DNA of 64,000 bases, taken from Bugula neritina (taxonomy: Eukaryota; Animalia; Bryozoa). Both the position numbers and the translations under genes were made by a program. Below, one piece after another: positions 46,506-62,400 of this stretch (the first letter of the stretch is position 1; every line of letters begins with the position of its first letter). The stretch is from NCBI GenBank assembly GCA_964035545.1, contig CAXIUT010000230.1:1116001-1180000 (forward strand). The letters are read 5' to 3'. The notes under the pieces are model-generated. The model was not told the origin of the DNA and did no database searches. It saw only the letters and a program-made list of their open reading frames with translations.

Positions 46506-48799
46506 ACACTGTGACACACTGAAATACACTGCAACATACTGAAATACATTGCAACACATTAAAATATATTGCGACATACTGAAACATACTGCAACATGCT
46601 GAAATATACTGCAACATAGTGAAATACACTATCACATATTGAAATATACTGCAACATACTGAATTACACTCTAACATACTGAAATATGCTGTAGCATACT
46701 GAAATACACTGCAACACACTGAAGTATACTGTAATACACTGAAATGTAATGCAGAATACTGAATTATACTGCAACATAGTGCAACATACTGAAATACACT
46801 ACAACATACTGCAACATACTGAAATACACTGGAACATATTGAAATACACTGCGACACATTGAAACATACTGCAACATACTGAAATATACTGCAAGATACT
46901 GCAACATACTGAAACAGACTGTGACATACTGAAATACACTGCAACATACTGCAAGATACCGCAACCTACTGAAATACACTGTAACATATTGAAATACACT
47001 GCATCATATTGCAACATACTGAATTACACTGGAACATATTGATTTACACTGCAACACATTGAAATATACTGCAACACACTGAAACATACGGCAATATACC
47101 AAAATATACTGCGACACCTTGAAAAATACTGCAACATACGAAATATACTGCAAGTGGTGGAACATACTGAAATACAATGTGACACACTGGAATACACTGC
47201 AACATACTGCAACATACTGCAACATACTGAAATACACTGTAACATATTGAATTACACTGCATCACACTGCAACATACTGAAAAACACTGGAACATATTGA
47301 TATGCACTGCAACTCATTGAAATATACTGCAACACACTGCAACATACGGCAGCATACCGAAATATACTGCGACGCCTTGAAAAATACTGCAACATACTGA
47401 AATATACTGCAAGTGGTGCAACATACTGAATTACACTCTAACATACTGAAATATGCTGTAGCATACTGAAATACACTGCAACACACTGAAGTATACTGTA
47501 ATACACTGAAATGTAATGCAACATACTGAATTATACTGCAACATAGTGCAACATACTGAAATACACTGTGACACACTGAAATACACTGAAACATAATGCA
47601 ACATACTGCAACATACTGAAATACACTGTAACATATCGAAATACACTGCAACATACTGCAACATACTGCAACATACTGAAATACACCGTAACATATCGAA
47701 ATACACTGCAACATACTGCAACATACTGAAATGCACCGGAACATAATGGAATACCCTGCAACAGATTGAAATATACTGCAACAGACTGAAACATAAGGTA
47801 ACACAATGAAGTATACTGCGACACATTAAAATATACTGCAACATACTGAAATATACTGCAACATACTGAAATGTAATCTATTATACAGAAATGTACTGTA
47901 ACATACTGAATTACACTCTAACATACTGAAACATGCTGTAGCATACTGAAATACACTGCAACACACTGAAGTATACTGTAATACACTGAAATGTGATGCA
48001 ACATACTGAATTATACTGCAACAAACTGCAACATACTGAAATACACTGGAACATATTGAAATACACTGCGACACATTGAAACATACTGCAACATACTGAA
48101 ATACACTGGGATACATTGAAATATACTGTAACATACTGCAACATACTAAAATACACTGCAACACATTAAAATATACTGCAACATACTGAAACATACTGCA
48201 ACATACTGAAATACACTGTGACACACTGAAATACACTGCAACATACTGCAACATACTGCAACATACTGCAACATACTGAATTACACTGGAACATGTTGAT
48301 ATACACTGCAACACATTGAAATATACTGCAACACACTGAACCATATGGCAACATACCGAAATTTACTGCGACACACTGAAAAATACAGCAACATACGAAT
48401 TATACTTCAAGTGGTGCAACATACTGAAATACAATGTGACACACTGAAATACACTGCAACATACTGCAACATACTGCAACATACTAAAATACACTGCAAC
48501 ACATTAAAATATACTGCAACATACTGAAACATACTGCAACATACTGAAATACACTGTGACACACTGAAACACACTGCAACATACTGCAACATACTGCAAC
48601 ATACTGCAACATACTGAATTACACTGGAACATATCGATATACACTGCAACACATTGAAATATACTGCAACACACTGAACCATATGGCAACATACCGAAAT
48701 TTACTGCGACACACTGAAAAATTTTGCAACATTCGAATTATACTTCAAGTGGTGCAACATACTGAAATACAATGTGACGCACTGAAATACACTGCAACA

Positions 48800-49340
48800 T
48801 ACTGCAACATACTGCAACATACTAAAATACACTGCAACACATTAAAATATACTGCAACATACTGAAACATACTGCAACATACTGAAATACACTGTGACAC
48901 ACTGAAATACACTGCAACATACTGCAAGATACCGCAACCTACTGAAATACACTGTAACATATTGAAATGCACTGCATCATACTGCAACATACTGCAACAT
49001 ACTAAAATACACTGCAACACATTAAAATATACTGCAACATACTGAAACATACTGCAACATACTGAAATACACTGTGACACACTGAAATACACTGCAACAT
49101 ACTGCAAGATACCGCAACCTACTGAAATACACTGTAACATATTGAAATGCACTGCATCATACTGCAACATACTGCAACATACTAAAATACACTGCAACAC
49201 ATTAAAATATACTGCAACATACTGAAACATACTGCAACATACTGAAATACACTGTGACATACTGAAATACACTGCAACATACTGCAAGATACCGCAACCT
49301 ACTGAAATACACTGTAACATATTGAAATACACTGCATCAT
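48800..49340 (+). repeat. 180-bp sub-repeat amplified to x3
   Basis: ACTAAAATAC at 48821, 49001, 49181; ACCGCAACCT at 48931, 49111, 49291. Confidence 0.9.
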
Positions 49341-50599
49341 AGTGCAACATACTGAATTACACTGGAACATATTGATTTACACTGCAACACATTGAAATAT
49401 ACTGCAACACACTGAAACATACGGCAATATACCGAAATATACTTCGACACCTTGAAAAATACTGCAACATACGAAATATACTGCAAGTGGTGGAACATAC
49501 TGAAATACAATGTGACACACTGGAATACACTGCAACATACTGCAACATACTGCAACGTACTGAAATACACTGTAACATATTGAATTACACTGCATCATAC
49601 TGCAACACACTGAAAAACACTGGAACATATTGATATGCACTGCAACTCATTGAAATATACTGCAACACACTGCAACATACGGCAGCATACCGAAATATAC
49701 TGCGACACCTTGAAAAATACTGCAACATACTGAAATATACCGCAAGTGGTGCAACATACTGAATTACACTCTAACATACTGAAATATGCTGTAGCATACT
49801 GAAATACACTACAACACACTGAAGTATACTGTAATACACTGAAATGTAATGCAACATACTGAACTATACTGCAACATAGTGCAACATACTGAAATACACT
49901 GTGACACACTGAAATACACTGAAACATAATGCAACATACTGCAACATACTGAAATACACTGTTACATATCGAAATACACTGCAACATACTGCAACATACT
50001 GCAACATACTGAAATACACCGTAACATATCGAAATACACTGCAACATACTGCAACATACTGAAATGCACCGGAACATAATGGAATACCCTGCAACAGATT
50101 GAAATATACTGCAACAGACTGAAACATAAGGTAACACAATGAAGTATACTGCGACACATTAAAATATACTGCAACATACTGAAATATACTGCAACATACT
50201 GAAATGTAATGTATTATACAGAAATGTACTGTAACATACTGAATTACACTCTAACATACTGAAACATGCTGTAGCATACTGAAATACACTGCAACACACT
50301 GAAGTATACTGTAATACACTGAAATGTGATGCAACATACTGAATTATACTGCAACAAACTGCAACATACTGAAATACACTGGAACATATTGAAATACACT
50401 GCGACACATTGAAACATACTGCAACATACTGAAATACACTGGGACACATTGAAATATACTGTAACATACTGCAACATACTAAAATACGCTGCAACACATT
50501 AAAATATACTGCAACATACTGAAACATACTGCAACATACTGAAATACACTGTAACACACTGAAATACACTGCAACATACTGCAACATACTGCAACATAC

Positions 50600-51460
50600 T
50601 GAATTACACTGGAACATGTTGATATACACTGCAACACATTGAAATATACTGCAACACACTAAACCATATGGCAACATACCAAAATTTACTGCGACACACT
50701 GAAAAATACAGCAACATACGAATTATACTTCAAGTGGTGCAACATACTGAAATACAATGTGACACACTGAAATACACTGCAACATACTGCAACATACTGC
50801 AACATACTAAAATACACTGCAACACATTAAAATATACTGCAACATACTGAAACATACTGCAACATACTGAAATACACTGTGACACACTGAAATACACTGC
50901 AACATACTGCAACATACTGCAACATACTGCAACATACTGAATTACACTGGAACATATCGATATACACTGCAACACATTGAAATATACTGCAACACACTGA
51001 ACCATATGGCAACATACCGAAATTTACTGCGACACACTGAAAAATACAGCAACATACGAATTATACTTCAAGTGGTGCAACATACTGAAATACAATGTGA
51101 CACACTGAAATACACTGCAACATACTGCAACATACTAAAATACACTGCAACACATTAAAATATACTGCAACATACTGAAACATACTGCAACATACTGAAA
51201 TACACTGTGACACACTGAAATACACTGCAACATACTGCAACATACTGCAACATACTGCAACATACTGAATTACACTGGAACATATCGATATACACTGCAA
51301 CACATTGAAATATACTGCAACACAATGAACCATATGGCAACATACCGAAATTTACTGCGACACACTGAAAAATACTGCAACATACGAATTATACTTCAAG
51401 TGGTGCAACATACTGAAATACAATGTGACACACTGAAATACACTGCAACATACTGCAACA
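50600..51460 (+). repeat. 338/328-bp sub-repeat with three CCATATGG modules in tandem
   Basis: ATGGCAAC landmarks at 50668, 51006 and 51334. The second interval lacks one monomer. Confidence 0.85.
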
Positions 51461-54400
51461 TACATCAACATACTGAAATATTGTGCGACACATTGAAATA
51501 TACTGCAACGTATTGAAATATACTGTAACATACTGCAACATACTAAAATACACTGCAACATACTGAAATACATTGCAACACATTAAAATATACTGCGACA
51601 TACTGAAACATACTGCAACATGCTGAAAAATACTGCAACATACTGAAAGACACTATCACATATTGAAATATACTGCAACATACTGAATTACACTCTAACA
51701 TACTGAAATATGCTGTAGCATACTGAAATACACTGCAACACACTGAAGTATACTGTAATACACTGAAATGTAATGCAACATACTGAATTATACTGCAACA
51801 TAGTGCAACATACTGAAATACACTACAACATACTGCAACATACTGAAATACACTGGAACATATTGAAATACACTGCGACACATTGAAACATACTGCAACA
51901 TACTGAAGTATACTGCAAGATACTGCAACATACTGAAACAGACTGTGACATACTGAAATACACTGCAACATACTGCAAGATACCGCAACCTACTGAAATA
52001 CACTGTAACATATTGAAATACACTGCATAATACTGCAACATACTGAATTACACTGGAACATATTGATATACACTGCAACACACTGAAATATACTGCAACA
52101 CACTGAAACATACGGCAATATACCAAAATATACTGCGACACCTTGAAAAATACTGCAACATACGAAATATACTGCAAGTGGTGCAACATACTGAAATACA
52201 ATGTGACACACTGGAATACACTGCAACATAATGCAACATACTGAAATATTGTGCGACACAATAAAATATACTGCAACATATTGAAATATACTGTAATATA
52301 CTGCAACATACTAAAATACACTGCAACACATTAAAATATACTGCAACATACTGAAACATACTGCAACATACTGAAATACACTGTGACACACTGAAATACA
52401 CTGCAACATACTGCAACATACTGCAACATACTAAAATACACTGCAAGACATTAAAATATACTGCAACATACTGAAACATACTGCAACATACTGAAATATA
52501 CTGCAACACACTGAAACATACGGCAACATACCGAAATAAACTGCAACACGTTGAAAATTATTTAAACATACTGAAATATACTGCGACGCCTTAAAATATA
52601 CTGCAACATACTGAAATAGACTGCAAGTGGTGCAACATACTGAAATACACTGTGACACACTGAAATACACTGCAACATACTGAAACATACTGCAACATAC
52701 TGAAATATTGTGCGACACACTGAAATACACTGCAATATACTGCAACATACTGCAACATACTGAATTACACTGGAACATATTGATATACACTGCAACACAT
52801 TGAAATATACTGCAACACACTGCAACATACAGCAGCATACCGAAATATACTGCGACACCTTGAAAAATACTGCAACATACTGAAATATACTGCAAGTGGT
52901 GCAACATACTGAATTACACTCTAACATACTGAAATATGCTGTAGCATACTGAAATACACTGCAACACACTGAAGTATACTGTAATACACTGAAATGTAAT
53001 GCAACATACTGAATTATACTGCAACATAGTGCAACATACTGAAATACACTGTGACACACTGAAATACACTGAAACATAATGCAACATACTGCAACATACT
53101 GAAATACACTGTAACATATCGAAATACACTGCAACATACTGCAACATACTGCAACATACTGAAATACACCGTAACATATCGAAATACACTGCAACATACT
53201 GCAACATACTGAAATGCACCGGAACATAATGGAATACCCTGCAACAGATTGAAATATACTGCAACAGACTGAAACATAAGGTAACACAATGAAGTATACT
53301 GCGACACATTAAAATATACTGCAACATACTGAAATATACTGCAACATACTGAAATGTAATGTATTATACAGAAATGTACTGTAACATACTGAATTACACT
53401 CTAACATACTGAAACATGCTGTAGCATACTGAAATACACTGCAACACACTGAAGTATACTGTAATACAGTGAAATGTGATGCAACATACTGAATTATACT
53501 GCAACATAGTGCAACATACTGAAATACACTACAACAAACTGCAACATACTGAAATACACTGGAACATATTGAAATACACTGCGACACATTGAAACATACT
53601 GCAACATACTGAAATACACTGGGACACATTGAAATATACTGTAACATACTGCAACATACTAAAATACACTGCAACACATTAAAATATACTGCAACATACT
53701 GAAACATACTGCAACATACTGAAATACACTGTGACACACTGAAATACACTGCAACATACTGCAACATACTGCAACATACTGAATTACACTGGAACATGTT
53801 GATATACACTGCAACACATTGAAATATACTGCAACACACTGAACCATATGGCAACATACCGAAATTTACTGCGACACACTGAAAAATACAGCAACATACG
53901 AATTATACTTCAAGTGGTGCAACATACTGAAATACAATGTGACACACTGAAATACACTGCAACATACTGCAACATACTGCAACATACTAAAATACACTGC
54001 AACACATTAAAATATACTGCAACATACTGAAACATACTGCAACATACTGAAATACACTGTGACACACTGAAATACACTGCAACATACTGCAACATACTGC
54101 AACATACTGCAACATACTGAATTACACTGGAACATATCGATATACACTGCAATACATTGAAATATACTGCAACACACTGAACCATATGGCAACATACCGA
54201 AATTTACTGCGACACACTGAAAAATACTGCAACATACGAATTATACTTCAAGTGGTGCAACATACTGAAATACAATGTGACACACTGAAATACACTGCAA
54301 CATACTGCAACATACTGCAACATACTGAAATATTGTGCGACACATTGAAATATACTGCAACGTATTGAAATATACTGTAACATACTGCAACATACTAAAA

Positions 54401-55500
54401 TACACTGCAACATACTGAAATACATTGCAACACATTAAAATATACTGCGACATACTGAAACATACTGCAACATGCTGAAATATACTGCAACATACTGAAA
54501 GACACTATCACATATTGAAATATACTGCAACATACTGAATTACACTCTAACATACTGAAATATGCTGTAGCATACTGAAATACACTGCAACACACTGAAG
54601 TATACTGTAATACACTGAAATGTAATGCAACATACTGAATTATACTGCAACATAGTGCAACATACTGAAATACACTACAACATACTGCAACATACTGAAA
54701 TACACTGGAACATATTGAAATACACTGCGACACATTGAAACATACTGCAACATACTGAAGTATACTGCAAGATACTGCAACATACTGAAACAGACTGTGA
54801 CATACTGAAATACACTGCAACATACTGCAAGATACCGCAACCTACGGAAATACACTGTAACATATTGAAATACACTGCATAATACTGCAACATACTGAAT
54901 TACACTGGAACATATTGATATACACTGCAACACATTGAAATATACTGCAACACACTGAAACATACGGCAATATACCAAAATATACTGCGACACCTTGAAA
55001 AATACTGCAACATACGAAATATACTGCAAGTGGTGCAACATACTGAAATACAATGTGACACACTGGAATACACTGCAACATACTGCAACATACTGAAATA
55101 TTGTGCGACACAATAAAATATACTGCAACATATTGAAATATACTGTAATATACTGCAACGTACTAAAATACACTGCAACACATTAAAATATACTGCAACA
55201 TACTGAAACATACTGCAACATACTGAAATACACTGTGACACACTGAAATACACTGCAACATACTGCAACATACTGCAACATACTAAAATACACTGCAAGA
55301 CATTAAAATATACTGCAACATACTGAAACATACTGCAACATACTGAAATATACTGCAACACACTGAAACATACGGCAACATACCGAAATAAACTGCGACA
55401 CGTTGAAAATTATTTCAACATACTGAAATATACTGCGACGCCTTAAAATATACTGCAACATACTGAAATAGACTGCAAGTGGTGCAACATACTGAAATAC
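51334..55500 (+). repeat. 2852-bp offset duplication in right flank; third partial copy from 57726 (offset 3540)
   Basis: Landmarks 51352/54204, 51788/54640 and 52048/54900. Shared alleles CTGCATAATAC (~52023/54875) and GAAAGACACTATC (~51645/54497/58037). Confidence 0.8.
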
Positions 55501-58500
55501 ACTGTGACACACTGAAATACACTGCAACATACTGCAACATACTGCAACATACTGAAATATTGTGCGACACACTGAAATACACTGCAATATACTGCAACAT
55601 ACTGCAACATACTGAATTACACTGGAACATATTGATATACACTGCAACACATTGAAATATACTGCAACACACTGAACCATATGGCAACATACCGAAATTT
55701 ACTGCGACACACTGAAAAATACTGCAACATACGAATTATACTTCAAGCGGTGCAACATACTGAAATACAATGTGACACACTGAAATACACTGCAACATAC
55801 TGCAACATACTGCAACATACTGCAACATACTGAAATATTGTGCGACACATTGAAATATACTGCAACGTATTGAAATATACTGTAACATACTGCAACATAC
55901 TAAAATACACTGCAACATACTGAAATACATTGCAACACATTAAAATATACTGCGACATACTGAAACATACTGCAACATGCTGAAATATACTGCAACATAC
56001 TGAAATACACTATCACATATTGAAATATACTGCAACATACTGAAATATACTGCAACATACTGAAATGTAATGTAATATACAGAAATGTACTGTAACATAC
56101 TGAATTACACTCTAACATACTGAAACATGCTGTAGCATACTGAAATACACTGCAACACACTGAAGTATACTGTAATACACTGAAATGTGATGCAACATAC
56201 TGAATTATACTGCAACATAGTGCAACATACTGAAATACACTACAACAAACTGCAACATACTGAAATACACTGGAACATATTGAAATACACTGCGACACAT
56301 TGAAACATACTGCAACATACTGAAATACACTGGGACACATTGAAATATACTGTAACATACTGTAACATAATAAAATACACTGCAACACATTAAAATATAC
56401 TGCAACATACTGAAACATACTGCAACATACTGAAATACACTGTGACACACTGAAATACACTGCAACATACTGAAATACATTGCAACACATTAAAATATAT
56501 TGCGACATACTGAAACATACTGCAACATGCTGAAATATACTGCAACATACTGAAATACACTATCACATATTGAAATATACTGCAACATACTGAATTACAC
56601 TCTAACATACTGAAATATGCTTTAGCATACTGAAATACACTGCAACACACTGAAGTATACTGTAATACACTGAAATGTAATGCAAAATACTAAATTATAC
56701 TGCAACATAGTGCAACATACTGAAATACACTACAACATACTGAAACATACTGAAATACACTGGAACATATTGAAATACACTGCGACACATTGAAACATAC
56801 TGCAACATACTGAAATATACTGCAAGATACTGCAACATACTGAAACAGACTGTGACAAACTGAAATACACTGCAACATACTGCAAGATACCGCAACCTAC
56901 TGAAATACACTGTAACATGTTGAAATACACTGCATCATACTGCAACATACTGAATTACACTGGAACATATTGATTTACACTGCAACACATTGAAATATAC
57001 TGCAACACACTGAAACATACGGCAATATACCAAAATATACTGCGACACCTTAAAAAATACTGCAACATACGAAATATACTGCAAGTGGTGGAACATACTG
57101 AAATACAATGTGACACACTGGAATACACTGCAACATACTGCAACATACTGCAACATACTGAAATACACTGTAACATATTGAATTACACTGCATCATACTG
57201 CAACATACTGAAAAACACTGGAACATATTGATATGCACTGCAACTCATTGAAATATACTGCAACACACTGCAACATACGGCAGCATACCGAAATATACTG
57301 CGACACCTTGAAAAATACTGCAACATACTGAAATATACTGCAAGTGGTGCAACATACTGAATTACACTCTAACATACTGAAATATGCTGTAGCATACTGA
57401 ATTACACTGCAACACACTGAAGTATACTGTAATACACTGAAATGTAATGCAACATACTGAATTATACTGCAACATAGTGCAACATACTGAAATACACTGT
57501 GACACACCGAAATACACTGAAACATAATGCAACATACTGCAACATACTGAAATACACTGTAACATATCGAAATACACTGCAACATACTGCAACATACTGC
57601 AACATACTGAAATACACCGTAACATATCGAAATACACTGCAACATACTGCAACATACTGAAATGCACCGGAACATAATGGAATACCCTGCAACAGATTGA
57701 AATATACTGCAACACACTGAACCATATGGCAACATACCGAAATTTACTGCGACACACTGAAAAATACTGCAACATACGAATTATACTTCAAGTGGTGCAA
57801 CATACTGAAATACAATGTGACACACTGAAATACACTGCAACATACTGCAACATACTGCAACATACTGAAATATTGTGCGACACATTGAAATATACTGCAA
57901 CGTATTGAAATATACTGTAACATACTGCAACATACTAAAATACACTGCAACATACTGAAATACATTGCAACACATTAAAATATACTGCGACATACTGAAA
58001 CATACTGCAACATGCTGAAATATACTGCAACATACTGAAAGACACTATCACATATTGAAATATACTGCAACATACTGAATTACACTCTAACATACTGAAA
58101 TATGCTGTAGCATACTGAAATACACTGCAACACACTGAAGTATACTGTAATACACTGAAATGTAATGCAACATACTGAATTATACTGCAACATAGTGCAA
58201 CATACTGAAATACACTACAACATACTGCAACATACTGAAATACACTGGAACATATTGAAATACACTGCGACACATTGAAACATACTGCAACATACTGAAG
58301 TATACTGCAAGATACTGCAACATACTGAAATATTGTGCGACACAATAAAATATACTGCAACATATTGAAATATACTGTAACATACTGCAACATACTAAAA
58401 TAGACTGCAACACATTAAAATATACTGCAACATACTGAAACATACTGCAACATACTGAAATACACTGTGACACACTGAAATACACTGCAACATACTGCAA

Positions 58501-59469
58501 CATACTGCAACATACTAAAATACACTGCAAGACATTAAAATATACTGCAACATACTGAAACATACTGCAACATACTGAAATATACTGCAACACACTGAAA
58601 CATACGGCAACATACCGAAATAAACTGCGACACGTTGAAAATTATTTCAACATACTGAAATATACTGCGACGCCTTAAAATATACTGCAACTTACTGAAA
58701 TAGACTGCAAGTGGTGCAACATACTGAAATACACTGTGACACACTGAAATACACTGCAACATACTGCAACATACTGCAACATACTGAAATATTGTGCGAC
58801 ACACTGAAATACACTGCAATATACTGCAACATACTGCAACATACAGAATTACACTGGAACATATTGATATACACTGCAACACATTGAAATATACAGCAAC
58901 ACACTGAACCATATGGCAACATACCGAAATTTACTGCGACACACTGAAAAATACTGCAACATATGAAATATACTTCAAGCGGTGCAACATACTGAAATAC
59001 AATGTGACACACTGAAATACACTGCAACATACTGCAACATACTGCAACATACTGCAACATACTGCAACATACTGAAATATTGTGCGACACATTGAAATAT
59101 ACTGCAACGTATTGAAATATACTGTAACATACTGCAACATACTAAAATACACTGCAATATACTGAAATACATTGCAACACATTAAAATATACTGCGACAT
59201 ACTGAAACATACTGCAACATGATGAAATATACTGCAACATACTGAAATACACTGTCACATATTGAAATATACTGCAACATACTGAATTACACTCTAACAT
59301 ACTGAAATATGCTGTAGCATACTGAAATACACTGCAACACACTGAAGTATACTGTAATACACTGAAATGTAATGCAACATACTGAATTATACTGCAACAT
59401 AGTGCAACATACTGAAATACACTGTGACACACTGAAATACACTGAAACATAATGCAACATACTGCAACA

Positions 59470-62400
59470 TACTGAAACATACGGCAATATACCAAAATAT
59501 ACTGCGACACCTTGAAAAATACTGCAACATACGAAATATACTGCAAGTGGTGCAACATACTGAAATACAATGTGACACACTGGAATACACTGCAACATAC
59601 TGCAACATACTGCAACATACTGAAATACACTGTAACATATTGAATTACACTGCATCATACTGCAACATACTGAAAAACACTGGAACTTATTGATATGCAC
59701 TGCAACTCATTGAAATATACTGCAACACACTGCAACATACGGCAGCATACCGAAATATACTGCGACACCTTGAAAAATACTGCAACATACTGAAATATAC
59801 TGCAAGTGGTGCAACATACTGAATTACACTCTAACATACTGAAATATGCTGTAGCATACTGAAATACACTGCAACACACTGAAGTATACTGTAATACACT
59901 GAAATGTAATGCAACATACTGAATTATACTGCAACATAGTGCAACATACTGAAATACACTGTGACACACTGAAATACACTGAAACATAATGCAACATACT
60001 GCAACATACTGAAATACACTGTAACATATCGAAATACACTGCAACATACTGCAACATACTGCAACATACTGAAATACACCGTAACATATCGAAATACACT
60101 GCAACATACTGCAACATACTGAAATGCACCGGAACATAATGGAATACCCTGCAACAGATTGAAATATACTGCGACAGACTGAAACATAAGGTAACACAAT
60201 GAAGTATACTGCGACACATTAAAATATACTGCAACATACTGAAATATACTGCAACATACTGAAATGTAATGTAATACACAGAAATGTACTGTAACATACT
60301 GAATTACACTCTAACATACTGAAACATGCTGTAGCATACTGAAATACACTGCAACACACTGAAGTATACTGTAATACACTGAAATGTGATGCAACATACT
60401 GAATTATACTGCAACATAGTGCAACATACTGAAATACACCACAACAAACTGCAACATACTGAAATACACTGGAACATATTGAAATACACTGCGACACATT
60501 GAAACATACTGCAACATACTGAAATACACTGGGACACATTGAAATATACTGTAACATACTGCAACATACTAAAATACACTGCAACACATTAAAATATACT
60601 GCAACATACTGAAACATACTGCAACATACGGAAATACACTGTGACACACTGAAATACACTGCAACATACTGCAACATACTGCAACATACTAAAATACACT
60701 GCAAGACATTAAAATATACTGCAACATACTGAAACATACTGCAACATACTGAAATATACTGCAACACACTGAAACATACGGCAACATACCGAAATAAACT
60801 GCGACACGTTGAAAATTATTTCAACATACTGAAATATACTGCGACGCCTTAAAATATACTGCAACATACTGAAATAGACTGCAAGTGGTGCAACATACTG
60901 AAATACACTATGACACACTGAAATACACTGAAACATACTGCAACATACTGCAACATACTGAAATATTGTGCGACACACTGAAATACACTGCAATATACTG
61001 CAACATACTGCAACATACTGAATTACACTGGAACATATTGATATACACTGCAACACATTAAAATATACTGCAACACACTGAACCATATGGCAACATACCG
61101 AAATTTACTGCGACACACTGAAAAATACTGCAACATACGAATTATACTTCAAGCGGTGCAACATACTGAAATACAATGTGACACACTGAAATACACTGCA
61201 ACATACTGCAACATACTGCAACATACTGCAACATACTGCAACATACTGAAATATTGTGCGACACATTGAAATATACTGCAACGTATTGAAATATACTGTA
61301 ACATACTGCAACATACTAAAATACACTGCAACATACTGAAATACATTGCAACACATTAAAATATACTGCGACATACTGAAACATACTGCAACATGCTGAA
61401 ATATACTGCAACATACTGAAATACACTATCACATATTGAAATATACTGCAACATACTGAATTACACTCTAACATACTGAAATATGCTGTAGCATACTGAA
61501 ATACACTGCAACACACTGAAGTATACGGTAATACACTGAAATGTAATGCAACATACCGAATTATACTGCAACATAGTGCAACATACTGAAATACACTACA
61601 ACATACTGCAACATACTGAAATACACTGGAACATATTGAAATACACTGCGACACATTGAAACATACTGCAACATACTGAAATATACTGCAAGATACTGCA
61701 ACATACTGAAACAGACTGTGACATACTGAAATACACTGCAACATACTGCAAGATACCGCAACCTACTGAAATACACTGTAACATATTGAAATACACTGCA
61801 TCATACTGCAACATACTGAATTACACTGGAACATATTGATATACACTGCAACACACTGAAATATACTGCAACACACTGAAACATACGGCAATATACCAAA
61901 ATATACTGCGACACCTTGAAAAATACTGCAACATACGAAATATACTGCAAGTGGTGCAACATACTGAAATACAATGTGACACACTGGAATACACTGCAAC
62001 ATACTGCAACATGCTGCAACATACTGAAATACACTGTAACATATTGAATTACACTGCATCATACTGCAACATACTGAAAAACACTGGAACATATTGATAT
62101 GCACTGCAACTCATTGAAATATACTGCAACACACTGCAACATACGGCAGCATACCGAAATATACTGCGACACATTGAAAAATACTGCAACATACTGAAAT
62201 ATACTGCAAGTGGTGCAACATACTGAATTACACTCTAACATACTGAAATATGCTGTAGCATACTGAAATACACTGCAACACACTGAAGTATACTGTAATA
62301 CACTGAAATGTAATGCAACATACTGAATTATACTGCAACATAGTGCAACATACTGAAATACACTGTTACACACTGAAATACACTGAAACATAATGCAACA

